DNA from: Candidatus Melainabacteria bacterium 17Bon1m | Lineage (GTDB): Bacteria; Cyanobacteriota; Vampirovibrionia; Obscuribacterales; Obscuribacteraceae | Reading direction: 5' to 3' | DNA: 64,000 bases | NCBI GenBank assembly: GCA_032128875.1 | Contig: JAVLKG010000001.1 | Coordinates: forward strand, 800,001-864,000 | Shown here: in pieces, positions 28,106 to 36,604 of the stretch | How the letters are laid out: every line of letters starts with the position of its first letter | How positions within the stretch are numbered: the stretch's first letter is position 1 | Position numbers and translations under genes: made by a program | Notes under the pieces: model-generated | The model's database searches: none | Told to the model about the DNA's origin: nothing | Seen by the model: the letters and a program-made list of their open reading frames with translations, nothing else

Positions 28106-28945
28106 ATGACTGACAAAACAGCACGGTCCAAACCGAAAAGAAAAAGCCTTGTTTTGATGGAGCGTGACATCTGGGCGCTCGTTCAGCTTTATCTTCATCG
28201 CACAATCAGTTCTAGCCAGTTAGCGCGGCTGTGCTTTCCTGACATCAGTTATGAGACGGCTCGCAAACGCTTGAGAAGGCTTCAGCAAGCTGGGTTCACT
28301 GGATCTTCTTCGAGCGGTCGCATGGAAGGTCGCGGCAGACCAGAGTTAATCTACTTTTTGACCACCCAGGGCGCCAAGTCTCTGGAGCAGCATCGCGGTA
28401 TTTCCTGGGAAACAATCCCCACCGGACCGCCGCACACTTATCACAAAGAGCACTTTCTCAGATTGGTCGATGTACGTCTGGCCATGCTTGATGCTGAACA
28501 GCGTGGTCTCATCAACAATCTGGAGTTTACGACCGGACGTGAATTCTGGCGCGAGCTCTCGGGCGATCTCACCAGTGTCGACGAGCAAGCCGACGCCACC
28601 ATCGCTTTCAGCTATCCGCACATGGAACCAATTAAAGTCTTGCTCGAAATCGACACGGGCAATTTCCGCCAAACTCGGCATTGGGAGCCCAAAATCAAAG
28701 CGTTTCTCAAGACTGGCTTTCCGATCTGGGTGGTCACCGGCAGCGCTCCGCGCATAGTAACTCTCAGGAAATGGACTCAGCCTCTGCTTGATGAAGCTGG
28801 TGTCGGACCAGGAAAGTGCGTTTTCAGCGTGTATCAGGAAATCGTCGACCGCGGTATCTTCGGGGCTGGCTGGCAGCGGACCGATGGCAGTTATACGGAC
28901 TTACGTCCGAAAATGCCTGAAGGTCAGCGCATTCCACCTGGTTAG
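28106..28945 (+). CDS. Replication-relaxation (Replic_Relax)-like protein: wHTH plus PD-(D/E)xK-like domain
   Basis: LMERD...L..HR....QL..L.F.....ARKRLRRL, YFLT..G, H.EH, ADA, LLEIDTG....K...F. Confidence 0.75.
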   Translation: MTDKTARSKPKRKSLVLMERDIWALVQLYLHRTISSSQLARLCFPDISYETARKRLRRLQQAGFTGSSSSGRMEGRGRPELIYFLTTQGAKSLEQHRGISWETIPTGPPHTYHKEHFLRLVDVRLAMLDAEQRGLINNLEFTTGREFWRELSGDLTSVDEQADATIAFSYPHMEPIKVLLEIDTGNFRQTRHWEPKIKAFLKTGFPIWVVTGSAPRIVTLRKWTQPLLDEAGVGPGKCVFSVYQEIVDRGIFGAGWQRTDGSYTDLRPKMPEGQRIPPG

Positions 28946-28989
28946 ATTGCATTTTTTGTTTGGCTTGCGAATCGTTTTCGCCTGAAAAG

Positions 28990-30084
28990 CTAGACCTTCG
29001 CGCCAGTCAAAAGTTCTTCGGCAAAATGGCAGTGCGATAAATGCTCACTTTCTATGGTGCGCAAGTCCGGCACATCGATTCTGCATTTGTCGCGTACCAT
29101 TGGGCAGCGCGTATGAAAAGTGCAACCAGGCGGTGGATTGGCAGGGCTCGGCAGATCGCCCGTCAGAATAATACGCTTGGATCTATCGACTTTCGGATCA
29201 GGTATTGGAGCCGCACTTATCAGCGCTTTAGAATACGGGTGCAACGGCATTTCATAAACTCGATTGCAGTTGCCTATTTCGGCTATTTGACCGAGATACA
29301 TCACGGCAATCCTATCGCTGATGTAGCGAACCACGTCCAAATTATGTGCGATGAACAAATAAGTAAGTTTGAATTCGCGTTTTAAATCAATCAGCAAATT
29401 CAAAATCTGCGCTTGAACGCTTACATCGAGGGCTGAGACTGGTTCGTCCAAAACAATTACCCGCGGATTGAGAGCCAGTGCGCGTGCAATACCAATGCGT
29501 TGTCTTTGCCCGCCGGAAAATTCGTGGGGGTATCTTTCTTGCATCCGCGCAGAAAGTCCGACTAAATCAAGCAATTCAACGACACGTTTTGCGAGTTCTG
29601 GTCCTTTCATGACTTTATGAACTTCAAGAGGCTCCGCGATAATCTGTTTTACAGTCATCCGGGGATCGAGGCTGGCATAAGGATTTTGAAAGACTACCTG
29701 TAATTCGCGCCGGAGCTTTTTCATTGCATCCGCGTCGCAGGTCAATACTTCTTGCCCTTTATATAAAACGCTGCCGGCCGTTGCGGGAAGCAGTCTGAGC
29801 ATGACGCGCCCAAGTGTGGATTTCCCGCATCCTGATTCGCCCACAAGACCGAGTGTTTCGCCTTCGATGATGCTGAGATTTACGCCGTCTAGAGCTTTGA
29901 CGGAACCTACTTGTTTGTTGAAAAATCCTTTGCGAATTGGAAAATGTTTTTTTAGACCTTTGACTTCTACAATTATTTTTTCATTCGCTGAGCCCGAAGG
30001 CAGCGCCGATTTACTGTGGCTTGCCTCTGCGTTTGCATTTTGATTTTGCAAGTCGGCTTTCGGCTGTGAATTGTCTTGAGTCAA
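28990..30084 (-). CDS. oppF: Oligopeptide/dipeptide ABC transporter ATP-binding subunit
   Basis: GESGCGKST, YPHEFSGGQRQR, DEPVSALDVS, HPYS, C-terminal GC.FH.RC. Confidence 0.93.
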   Translation of the reverse strand: MTQDNSQPKADLQNQNANAEASHSKSALPSGSANEKIIVEVKGLKKHFPIRKGFFNKQVGSVKALDGVNLSIIEGETLGLVGESGCGKSTLGRVMLRLLPATAGSVLYKGQEVLTCDADAMKKLRRELQVVFQNPYASLDPRMTVKQIIAEPLEVHKVMKGPELAKRVVELLDLVGLSARMQERYPHEFSGGQRQRIGIARALALNPRVIVLDEPVSALDVSVQAQILNLLIDLKREFKLTYLFIAHNLDVVRYISDRIAVMYLGQIAEIGNCNRVYEMPLHPYSKALISAAPIPDPKVDRSKRIILTGDLPSPANPPPGCTFHTRCPMVRDKCRIDVPDLRTIESEHLSHCHFAEELLTGAKV

Positions 30085-30097
30085 AGCAACGGGTCCT

Positions 30098-30133
30098 AAA
30101 AAAAAGCATGCCGGCTATTTAACCGGCATGCTT
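30098..30133 (-). terminator. Rho-independent terminator
   Basis: AAGCATGCCGG/CCGGCATGCTT stem with T8 tract on the minus strand. Confidence 0.8.
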
Positions 30134-30158
30134 GATTATAAGTGAACCCAGGAAAAAG

Positions 30159-30632
30159 CTATGGACGTCGGGAGGAGAGATTTCCAAGCTTTTCCATCAT
30201 CACGATTGCAAACTTAAGTGGGTTGTCTTGAAGGCGAGCGGGGTCTTCAACAGTCCAGCCGTACCTTTGTTGGTTGTGTTGATAGTGACGGTCGTATTTC
30301 TTGGCATTGTGGGTTTCGCAGTAGCCTGTGTTTGCGGTCGCGCATTGCAGCTGCGGGCAGGCAGCTTTAGCGATGGCCAGTGTGGCCAGGCGATTCTTCT
30401 GAACTCCTTCATTTATATGAATCCATGCAGGGTCTTGGCTGTAAGCAGCAGATGCATTTGTTTCGTGCAGCTCGTGTTCAAGGCTTTCGAAGTAGCGATT
30501 AAGAGCGTTGGTGTCGTAGCGACCCCAAATGTCACTTTTGATTCTGTATGGCTTTGGCTCTTTGAGGAAGATGTACCAGAATACTGTGTACAGAACTAAC
30601 AACTCGGCAGCGATGATTAGATAGGCGAACAT
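30159..30632 (-). CDS. Hypothetical protein with N-terminal TM
   Basis: GGAGG RBS before ATG 30632; hydrophobic N-terminus; followed by a terminator. Confidence 0.7.
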   Translation of the reverse strand: MFAYLIIAAELLVLYTVFWYIFLKEPKPYRIKSDIWGRYDTNALNRYFESLEHELHETNASAAYSQDPAWIHINEGVQKNRLATLAIAKAACPQLQCATANTGYCETHNAKKYDRHYQHNQQRYGWTVEDPARLQDNPLKFAIVMMEKLGNLSSRRP

Positions 30633-31149
30633 ATCCGCCCTCCCGGCTGAAACAGCCTTGAGCAAAGAGATTCCTATGTATTTCCCAGTTTTTTCTTCGG
30701 TAGTTATTCGGACGCTTAGCGGTTTTTCTGAATCTGACGACAGTTGTCTAAGCCATCGCCAGTTTTGTGCACATAGTCGCGTTTAGATAAACGCTTCTTT
30801 GCGCTTCGCGGACGCAGGTAAAGTACGCATTCGGCAGAAACTTTAGTCACGCTTAACGTGTGTAAATATGATAACGAAACATTACAAAAAAGCTATGGGT
30901 TTTTAATGAACGAATAATTGTCAAGTGGTTAATTCTCGAATGACGTCAGACGGCTCAATGACGGCGTTACAGCGATGTTGACGACCGCTCGCCCCGCTGG
31001 GGTTATCCACTAATAGCTTTAGAAATTGCTCTGACTTAGAGATCTCACACACTGCGCCAATTCGCGCCTTGTTGTAATTGACGCAGCAAACTATCAATTC
31101 AGTCTGCCAGTCAATCAGTCAGAAATCATTCATTAGGACTCAGTTTCAA

Positions 31150-32352
31150 ATGCAAATCAATCGCGTTGCTGTGGTGGGTGCCGGAACAATGGGTTCGTCC
31201 ATTGCGGTCGCCTTTATTGGCAAAGGAATTCCCGTACTTCTGAAAGACATCGATCAAGCTCAACTCGATAAAGGACTCGCTAATATCGATCGCCTTTTAA
31301 AATCGCGTGTCGATAAAGGAATGGCAAAGAAAGATGCGGACGCCCAGCGTGCTCTGGTTGAAGCAACGACCGAGTATTCCAAATTCTCCGATGTTGACTT
31401 TGTCATTGAGGCGGTCGCGGAAAACATCGAAATAAAGAAGAAGGTTTTTGAAAGTCTTGATGAATACTGCAATGTAGATGCGATTTTTTCCAGCAATACG
31501 TCCAGTCTCTCGATTACGCAAATCGGCTCGTTTACGCGTCGCCCCGATAAAGTGGTCGGCATGCACTTCTTCAATCCTGCGCACTTGATGAAACTAGTCG
31601 AAGTGATACCCGGTTTGGAAACATCACAAGATACTGTGCAAACTGCGATTTCATTGGGGCAGACTTTGGGCAAACTTGCTGTGAGAGTTGAGGAATGTGC
31701 TTCATTCCTGGTCAACCGTTTGCTTGGACGTTACATGAATGAAGCCCTCTGGTGCTTGCTTGAGGGAGCCGCAGATATTGAAGCCATCGATAAAGCCGCC
31801 TGCGATTTTGCGATGCCGATTGGCCCTTTGGCTCTTCGCGATATGAATGGCGCGGACATTGGACTAGCTGTTGCGAAGTTCAACTTCCAAGAATATGGAG
31901 AACGATTTGCTCCGTGCCCAATTCTCGAACAAATGGTTGAGAGGAACATGCTTGGACAAAAGACCATGGGCGGCTTCTATGCGTATGACAAAGAGACCCG
32001 CAAACGTGCCGGCGCAAATGCGGAAATGTCTACGATACTAAATGCGGTGCGCAATGGTAAAGGCGAGAAAAAGAGCGCGACAATCGAATTTAAGGCAGAG
32101 CGACTCTTCTTGCCCATGATCAATGAAGCATTTCTATGCCTGCAAGAACGTATCTGTGCTCCTGAAGACCTCGACCCTGCTCTGTGCGCTGGTTTGGGAA
32201 TGCGCACCGGACCGCTGGCGATGGCTACTCAAATGGGTCTGGACAATTGCTTGAAACAAATTGAAGAGCATTTCGAAGTTTTTGGCGAACGCTTCCGTCC
32301 TGCTCCCTTGTTAAAGCGCTACGTCTGGAGTAAGAGGACGACTATTTCGTGA
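31150..32352 (+). CDS. 3-hydroxyacyl-CoA dehydrogenase (NAD-binding plus two C-terminal domains)
   Basis: GAGTMG, IEAVAEN, SNTSSL, GMHFFNPA, FLVNR, LGQKT..GFY. Confidence 0.93.
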   Translation: MQINRVAVVGAGTMGSSIAVAFIGKGIPVLLKDIDQAQLDKGLANIDRLLKSRVDKGMAKKDADAQRALVEATTEYSKFSDVDFVIEAVAENIEIKKKVFESLDEYCNVDAIFSSNTSSLSITQIGSFTRRPDKVVGMHFFNPAHLMKLVEVIPGLETSQDTVQTAISLGQTLGKLAVRVEECASFLVNRLLGRYMNEALWCLLEGAADIEAIDKAACDFAMPIGPLALRDMNGADIGLAVAKFNFQEYGERFAPCPILEQMVERNMLGQKTMGGFYAYDKETRKRAGANAEMSTILNAVRNGKGEKKSATIEFKAERLFLPMINEAFLCLQERICAPEDLDPALCAGLGMRTGPLAMATQMGLDNCLKQIEEHFEVFGERFRPAPLLKRYVWSKRTTIS

Positions 32353-32380
32353 TGTGTCTCGCGTCCTGTGAGCGTGAATA

Positions 32381-34186
32381 ATGCAGCTGACTCCAAAGCG
32401 ATCAATGGTTATTCTGGCTGTAGCATGCCTCGGACTGTTTTTCCTTGGCATGTCGAGCTTTGGGGTTACTGATCCGGGCGAAGGTTACTACGTTGAAGCA
32501 GCGCGCGAGATGGTCGAAAGCGGCGATTTCATTACGCCACATCTCAACTATCAGATCTATTTTTCCAAGCCGATTCTGACCTTCTGGTTGATGGCAATTC
32601 CGTATAAGTTGTTTGGCGTCAGTGAATTTACCGCCCGAATCGCCTTTTCGTTTATCGCAACGCTATTGGCGTTTGCAACTTATCGTGTGGGCAGAGCGCT
32701 TGGATCTGAATTTGCAGGACTTTTGTCCGGTTTGGCGATAGCCTCTTCTCCGCTTATCATCGCGGTTACGCGCCTTTCTCCCATAGACATCGCCTTCACT
32801 TTATTCGTTGATTTGGCGGTTTTTGCGTTTGCAATGTGCGCAATTTTGAACATAAAGCGTTGGTGGTGGGTGCTGTATGTGGCTCTCGGTCTGGCTGTTT
32901 TGACCAAAGGACCAGCCGGATTGGTTCTTTTTGCTGCCGGCACAATAGTCTTTCTTATCGTCTCTCGTCCGGGTTTCATCCAGTTAAAAGACTGGCTCAA
33001 GCGCTTGAGAATTGGATGGGGAGCGCTTATCTTCTCTGCTGTAGTGTTGCCCTGGTACGTAGCAATACATTTTGCAACCAAGGGACTGTTTTTGAAGGTC
33101 TTCTTCATTTACGAAAATCTTGGTCGCTTCGCCGGTCGAACCAATCTTGGAAAAGCTGTCTGGTGGTATTACTTGCCTGTCATCGGATATGGCTTCGCGC
33201 CGTGGATTCTCGCTTTGCCCTTCGCTGGTTTCTCTATTCTCAAGACTGGTTTGAGGCGAAAACTCTCGGCTCAAGCGGGGTTTTCCGAAGAGCAAGACCG
33301 GAGAAGTTTATTCTTGCTCTATCTCTTTGTTTGGTCTTTGACGGAGTTTTTATTCTTTAGCTGTTCCAAAACCAAGATGGACACCTACATTTTGCCGTCG
33401 TTCGCACCGTTTGCAGTTTGTGTCGCGGTGAAGATTCAAGAGTGGCTCGCTGCGTGGAACGACCCTGCTACACAAAATCGGGCAGCGAAAGTCGGCAAAG
33501 CTGTTTTTACAACTTCAGCTATCTTAGGATTTCTCTTGCTGATAGGAGGCCCTATTGCATCATGCATTCTTGTAAAAACAGACATCCTAGGCAAGGTTTC
33601 TCTGGCGCTCGCTTCTGCCTTGCTAGCTGCCGGACTGATACTTTCTTCGCGCTATTACAAACAAGGAAAAATTGAGCAGTCGGTGGTTTCGGTTGCCCTG
33701 GGATTTGCTTTAGCAGCAGGTCTTTGCCAGCCTATTGGGTTCCAGATAGGTTCTAAGAAGCGTTGGGACGATTTGAAATTGATTGCTACGCATTTGAAGG
33801 ATAAAGACGCAGACATCGCGATATTCAACACCTTCAAGCCAGCTGCCATGTTTTACGCGCGCGCTCCGATAGACAGCTTTTTCCATCCCCATCAATTGAA
33901 AGCGGCAGAACCAGGCGCGGGCGGGCGTCCGCAGCTCGTCATAGTCAATGACAAGGTCGTAGATCGCCTCATTTCGCACCCCGGTGTGAATTTGAAGCTG
34001 ATCGAACGCAGCGGCGAATGGGCTGTGTATGAAGCCGTGGGCTCATGCCTGGAGCGCAACTTGACCTTGGAAGAAGTGTTCAACAAACCCAAGGCGCTGG
34101 ATATGGCGGTGAGCGGAAAGGCCGAGTGGGGACCGCTTACGGTTCCTTATGCTGCAGGTGATAGGCAGTGGTGGAAGAAACAGTAG
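32381..34186 (+). CDS. ArnT/PMT-like (GT83/GT39) membrane glycosyltransferase
   Basis: EGYY..AAREM..SGD..TP.LN...YFSKP, LTKGP, PWY, K..TYILP. Confidence 0.9.
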   Translation: MQLTPKRSMVILAVACLGLFFLGMSSFGVTDPGEGYYVEAAREMVESGDFITPHLNYQIYFSKPILTFWLMAIPYKLFGVSEFTARIAFSFIATLLAFATYRVGRALGSEFAGLLSGLAIASSPLIIAVTRLSPIDIAFTLFVDLAVFAFAMCAILNIKRWWWVLYVALGLAVLTKGPAGLVLFAAGTIVFLIVSRPGFIQLKDWLKRLRIGWGALIFSAVVLPWYVAIHFATKGLFLKVFFIYENLGRFAGRTNLGKAVWWYYLPVIGYGFAPWILALPFAGFSILKTGLRRKLSAQAGFSEEQDRRSLFLLYLFVWSLTEFLFFSCSKTKMDTYILPSFAPFAVCVAVKIQEWLAAWNDPATQNRAAKVGKAVFTTSAILGFLLLIGGPIASCILVKTDILGKVSLALASALLAAGLILSSRYYKQGKIEQSVVSVALGFALAAGLCQPIGFQIGSKKRWDDLKLIATHLKDKDADIAIFNTFKPAAMFYARAPIDSFFHPHQLKAAEPGAGGRPQLVIVNDKVVDRLISHPGVNLKLIERSGEWAVYEAVGSCLERNLTLEEVFNKPKALDMAVSGKAEWGPLTVPYAAGDRQWWKKQ

Positions 34187-34372
34187 ATGACGGGCGATAG
34201 TAGCCTCTTCTCTCTTTTGATTTAGCAGTCTTGTAAAACCCAGATAAGAACTTGAATGCTTCTTGGAAATCCCGCTTTTGGGGGATAGAGCAGCCGGAAC
34301 ATAAATTTTGGCTTGGCGTCGTTGAATCCATGCATGCAGTGGTGCAGCAATCACCTGTGTTGGAGCACGTTT

Positions 34373-35824
34373 ATGCTGAGAAAGGATGTTGGCAGACAGA
34401 GAGCGTTGAGCATGGCGCTGTCTTTGGCTTTAGTGCTCGGAAATATTGCTCCTGCCTTTGCTGCAGCATCTCCTAGCCAGGCAACCGAGTCCCGTCTCGA
34501 GAAGATTGAAAACACCCTTTTGCAAAGAACGCAAAAAGGCATGTCTGACTCTGAGCGCCTTTCAACACTCGAAAAACGTGTCTTCGGCAGCGAAAAAACA
34601 GGCAGCGTGCCCGAACGTCTTGCCAATCTTGATAATGCGATGACTACTGCTCGCACAGCCTCAAGTTTGCTGGCTCCGCCTATGGCGCCTCGGCTCGATA
34701 CCAGCCAATGGAGCAAAGTCGAAGAACCTAAGCCGCAAGCCCTTTCCAACTACGATGACCCCGATACTGCTACACCAACCGACGCCGCTACTGCAATGCT
34801 GAAGCGTGCAACTGATTTGTACTCCAGAGGGGATACTGCTGAAGCAGAGCGCATGTTCAAGAAAGTGCTCACGCTTGATTCACGAAATGCTGATGCGCAC
34901 TACAATTTGGGTGCCATTGCCGAAGCCCGTGGCGACACGGCTCAAGCGCTCAATGAATACCGTATCGCCAGCCAAATCAATCCTGGCGATCAAGAATTGA
35001 AAGATGCGGTTGCGCAAATTGAGCGCAAGCAAAACTCTGACAGAATCGCGCAAGCCGAGCAACAAAGACAACGAGACGAGCAGCAAAAAGAAGCTGCCCG
35101 CCGCGACAACATGAAGAGTTTGGTTGCACAAGCTTCAACCGCCTACAAAAACGGTCAGTACGATTCTGCAGTTAGACAGTTGGAGCAAGTAGTTAAGCAA
35201 GCTCCAAACGACTCTGACGTCCGTTTTGCTCTCGCTCAAGCATACAAAGCAAAAGGCGATCTCTCGAAAGCCCGCATGAATCTTAATCAAGCGCTTGCAG
35301 CTCAGCCTAACAACAAACTTTATCGCGATGCATTGAGCGACCTCGATCAAAAACTCGCCAGTGGCGGCAGCAGCGCAAGTGGTAGTTCTGGCAACGGAAA
35401 CGTGGGCGGCAGCGGATTCAGCGGCAATCGAAATTACGATAGTGCCCGCGCTTACGACAACTCGCAACAAAATGATGGCGGACCATCGTATGCTCCGGCT
35501 CCACGCAGAAATCAACCGCAAAGCGATTACATTAGCTCTGCATCCAGTGTCGATGACGGCGATGGTGTTCAACCCTTCACCCCATCACCAGCCTACTCCG
35601 GCAGTGCAAGCTCCTCCAGACGATACAGAAGAGGTGGAATCGGTGGACTGCTTGGCGGTGGCGGAGGCACGAGCAGCATGATGAAACGCGCAGCACTCGG
35701 CTCAATTACAGGTGCCGCTATGGGTGCAATGTGGAGCCGTAACTCTGGCGGCGGTATGAAATCCAACATGCTAAAGGGTGCTCTAATGGGCGGCATGATG
35801 GGCATTTTGACCGGTGGGCTCTAG
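34373..35824 (+). CDS. Exported TPR-repeat protein with Gly/Ser-rich, glycine-zipper-like C-terminus
   Basis: Signal peptide ending AFA; ADAHYNLG and DVRFALAQAY TPRs. Confidence 0.85.
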   Translation: MLRKDVGRQRALSMALSLALVLGNIAPAFAAASPSQATESRLEKIENTLLQRTQKGMSDSERLSTLEKRVFGSEKTGSVPERLANLDNAMTTARTASSLLAPPMAPRLDTSQWSKVEEPKPQALSNYDDPDTATPTDAATAMLKRATDLYSRGDTAEAERMFKKVLTLDSRNADAHYNLGAIAEARGDTAQALNEYRIASQINPGDQELKDAVAQIERKQNSDRIAQAEQQRQRDEQQKEAARRDNMKSLVAQASTAYKNGQYDSAVRQLEQVVKQAPNDSDVRFALAQAYKAKGDLSKARMNLNQALAAQPNNKLYRDALSDLDQKLASGGSSASGSSGNGNVGGSGFSGNRNYDSARAYDNSQQNDGGPSYAPAPRRNQPQSDYISSASSVDDGDGVQPFTPSPAYSGSASSSRRYRRGGIGGLLGGGGGTSSMMKRAALGSITGAAMGAMWSRNSGGGMKSNMLKGALMGGMMGILTGGL

Positions 35825-35893
35825 GTTCTCAGTAAGGTTTTGCAATCAGTAATCACACTAAGTTCTCAGGTAATAAAAACAGGAAATTTGGCG

Positions 35894-36604
35894 ATGAATT
35901 CGATTTTGAAACTGCTACCAGCACTTCTCCTAATTGCTAATGTCGGGTTTCTAAATCAGCCCGCATCGGCTGCAGAGCTATTGCGAGGACGCGTCGAGCG
36001 AGCAGACGAAAACACTCGTGTGCAACGTCCCGGCGGCATGGGCGACAGGCTTCCCGGTAAAGTGGAGTCAACTAGACTGCAGAGAGCCGAGCCAATGGAG
36101 GCTCCGAATTTCAGAGCTGGTCTCGTTGATACCAATGCTTTCCGTCAGCCACTTGCAGGACGTGCTCAAGACGAAGGTGTTCGCCTGGGATTGTTAAAAC
36201 CTAACGACTTCGCCAATTTGCCGAGCAAATTTGATCTTGGTGCAGAGCGCGGCTCGAAAGAGATGGTGCTTGCTTGGGAGCGCTGGCACAAACAGTTGTC
36301 GGAAGCCATTTATACTCGCTGGAGCGAAATGGCTGACACTCCTGGACGTGCGACGATTCGCTTGACGGTGACGAAAAACCTTCAAGTCATCCCAGTCATT
36401 GTTTCATCGTCTGGAAGTGGTCGTTTCGATAGAGGCTTGCTAGAGGCAATCAACAGTCTCAATGGCAACCCCGGTCTTAATTTTCCACGCAAATCTCAAA
36501 GAGACAAAGTCGAGTTCGAAACCGATTATGTCGCTGCGACCGACGTGAAATCAGGCTACAGCTGGGTCAAGAACGACTTCGAGAAAGTTCGAGAGAGCTA
36601 CTAG
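35894..36604 (+). CDS. Exported protein with TonB C-terminal-like domain
   Basis: Signal peptide ending ASA; I..RW, SSSGSGRFDR...AI pattern. Confidence 0.6.
   Translation: MNSILKLLPALLLIANVGFLNQPASAAELLRGRVERADENTRVQRPGGMGDRLPGKVESTRLQRAEPMEAPNFRAGLVDTNAFRQPLAGRAQDEGVRLGLLKPNDFANLPSKFDLGAERGSKEMVLAWERWHKQLSEAIYTRWSEMADTPGRATIRLTVTKNLQVIPVIVSSSGSGRFDRGLLEAINSLNGNPGLNFPRKSQRDKVEFETDYVAATDVKSGYSWVKNDFEKVRESY

Noticed and set aside
31003-31011. DnaA-box-like TTATCCACT in a ~500-bp intergenic region (oriC?)
   Set aside because: Single imperfect box, with no cluster and no dnaA/dnaN context
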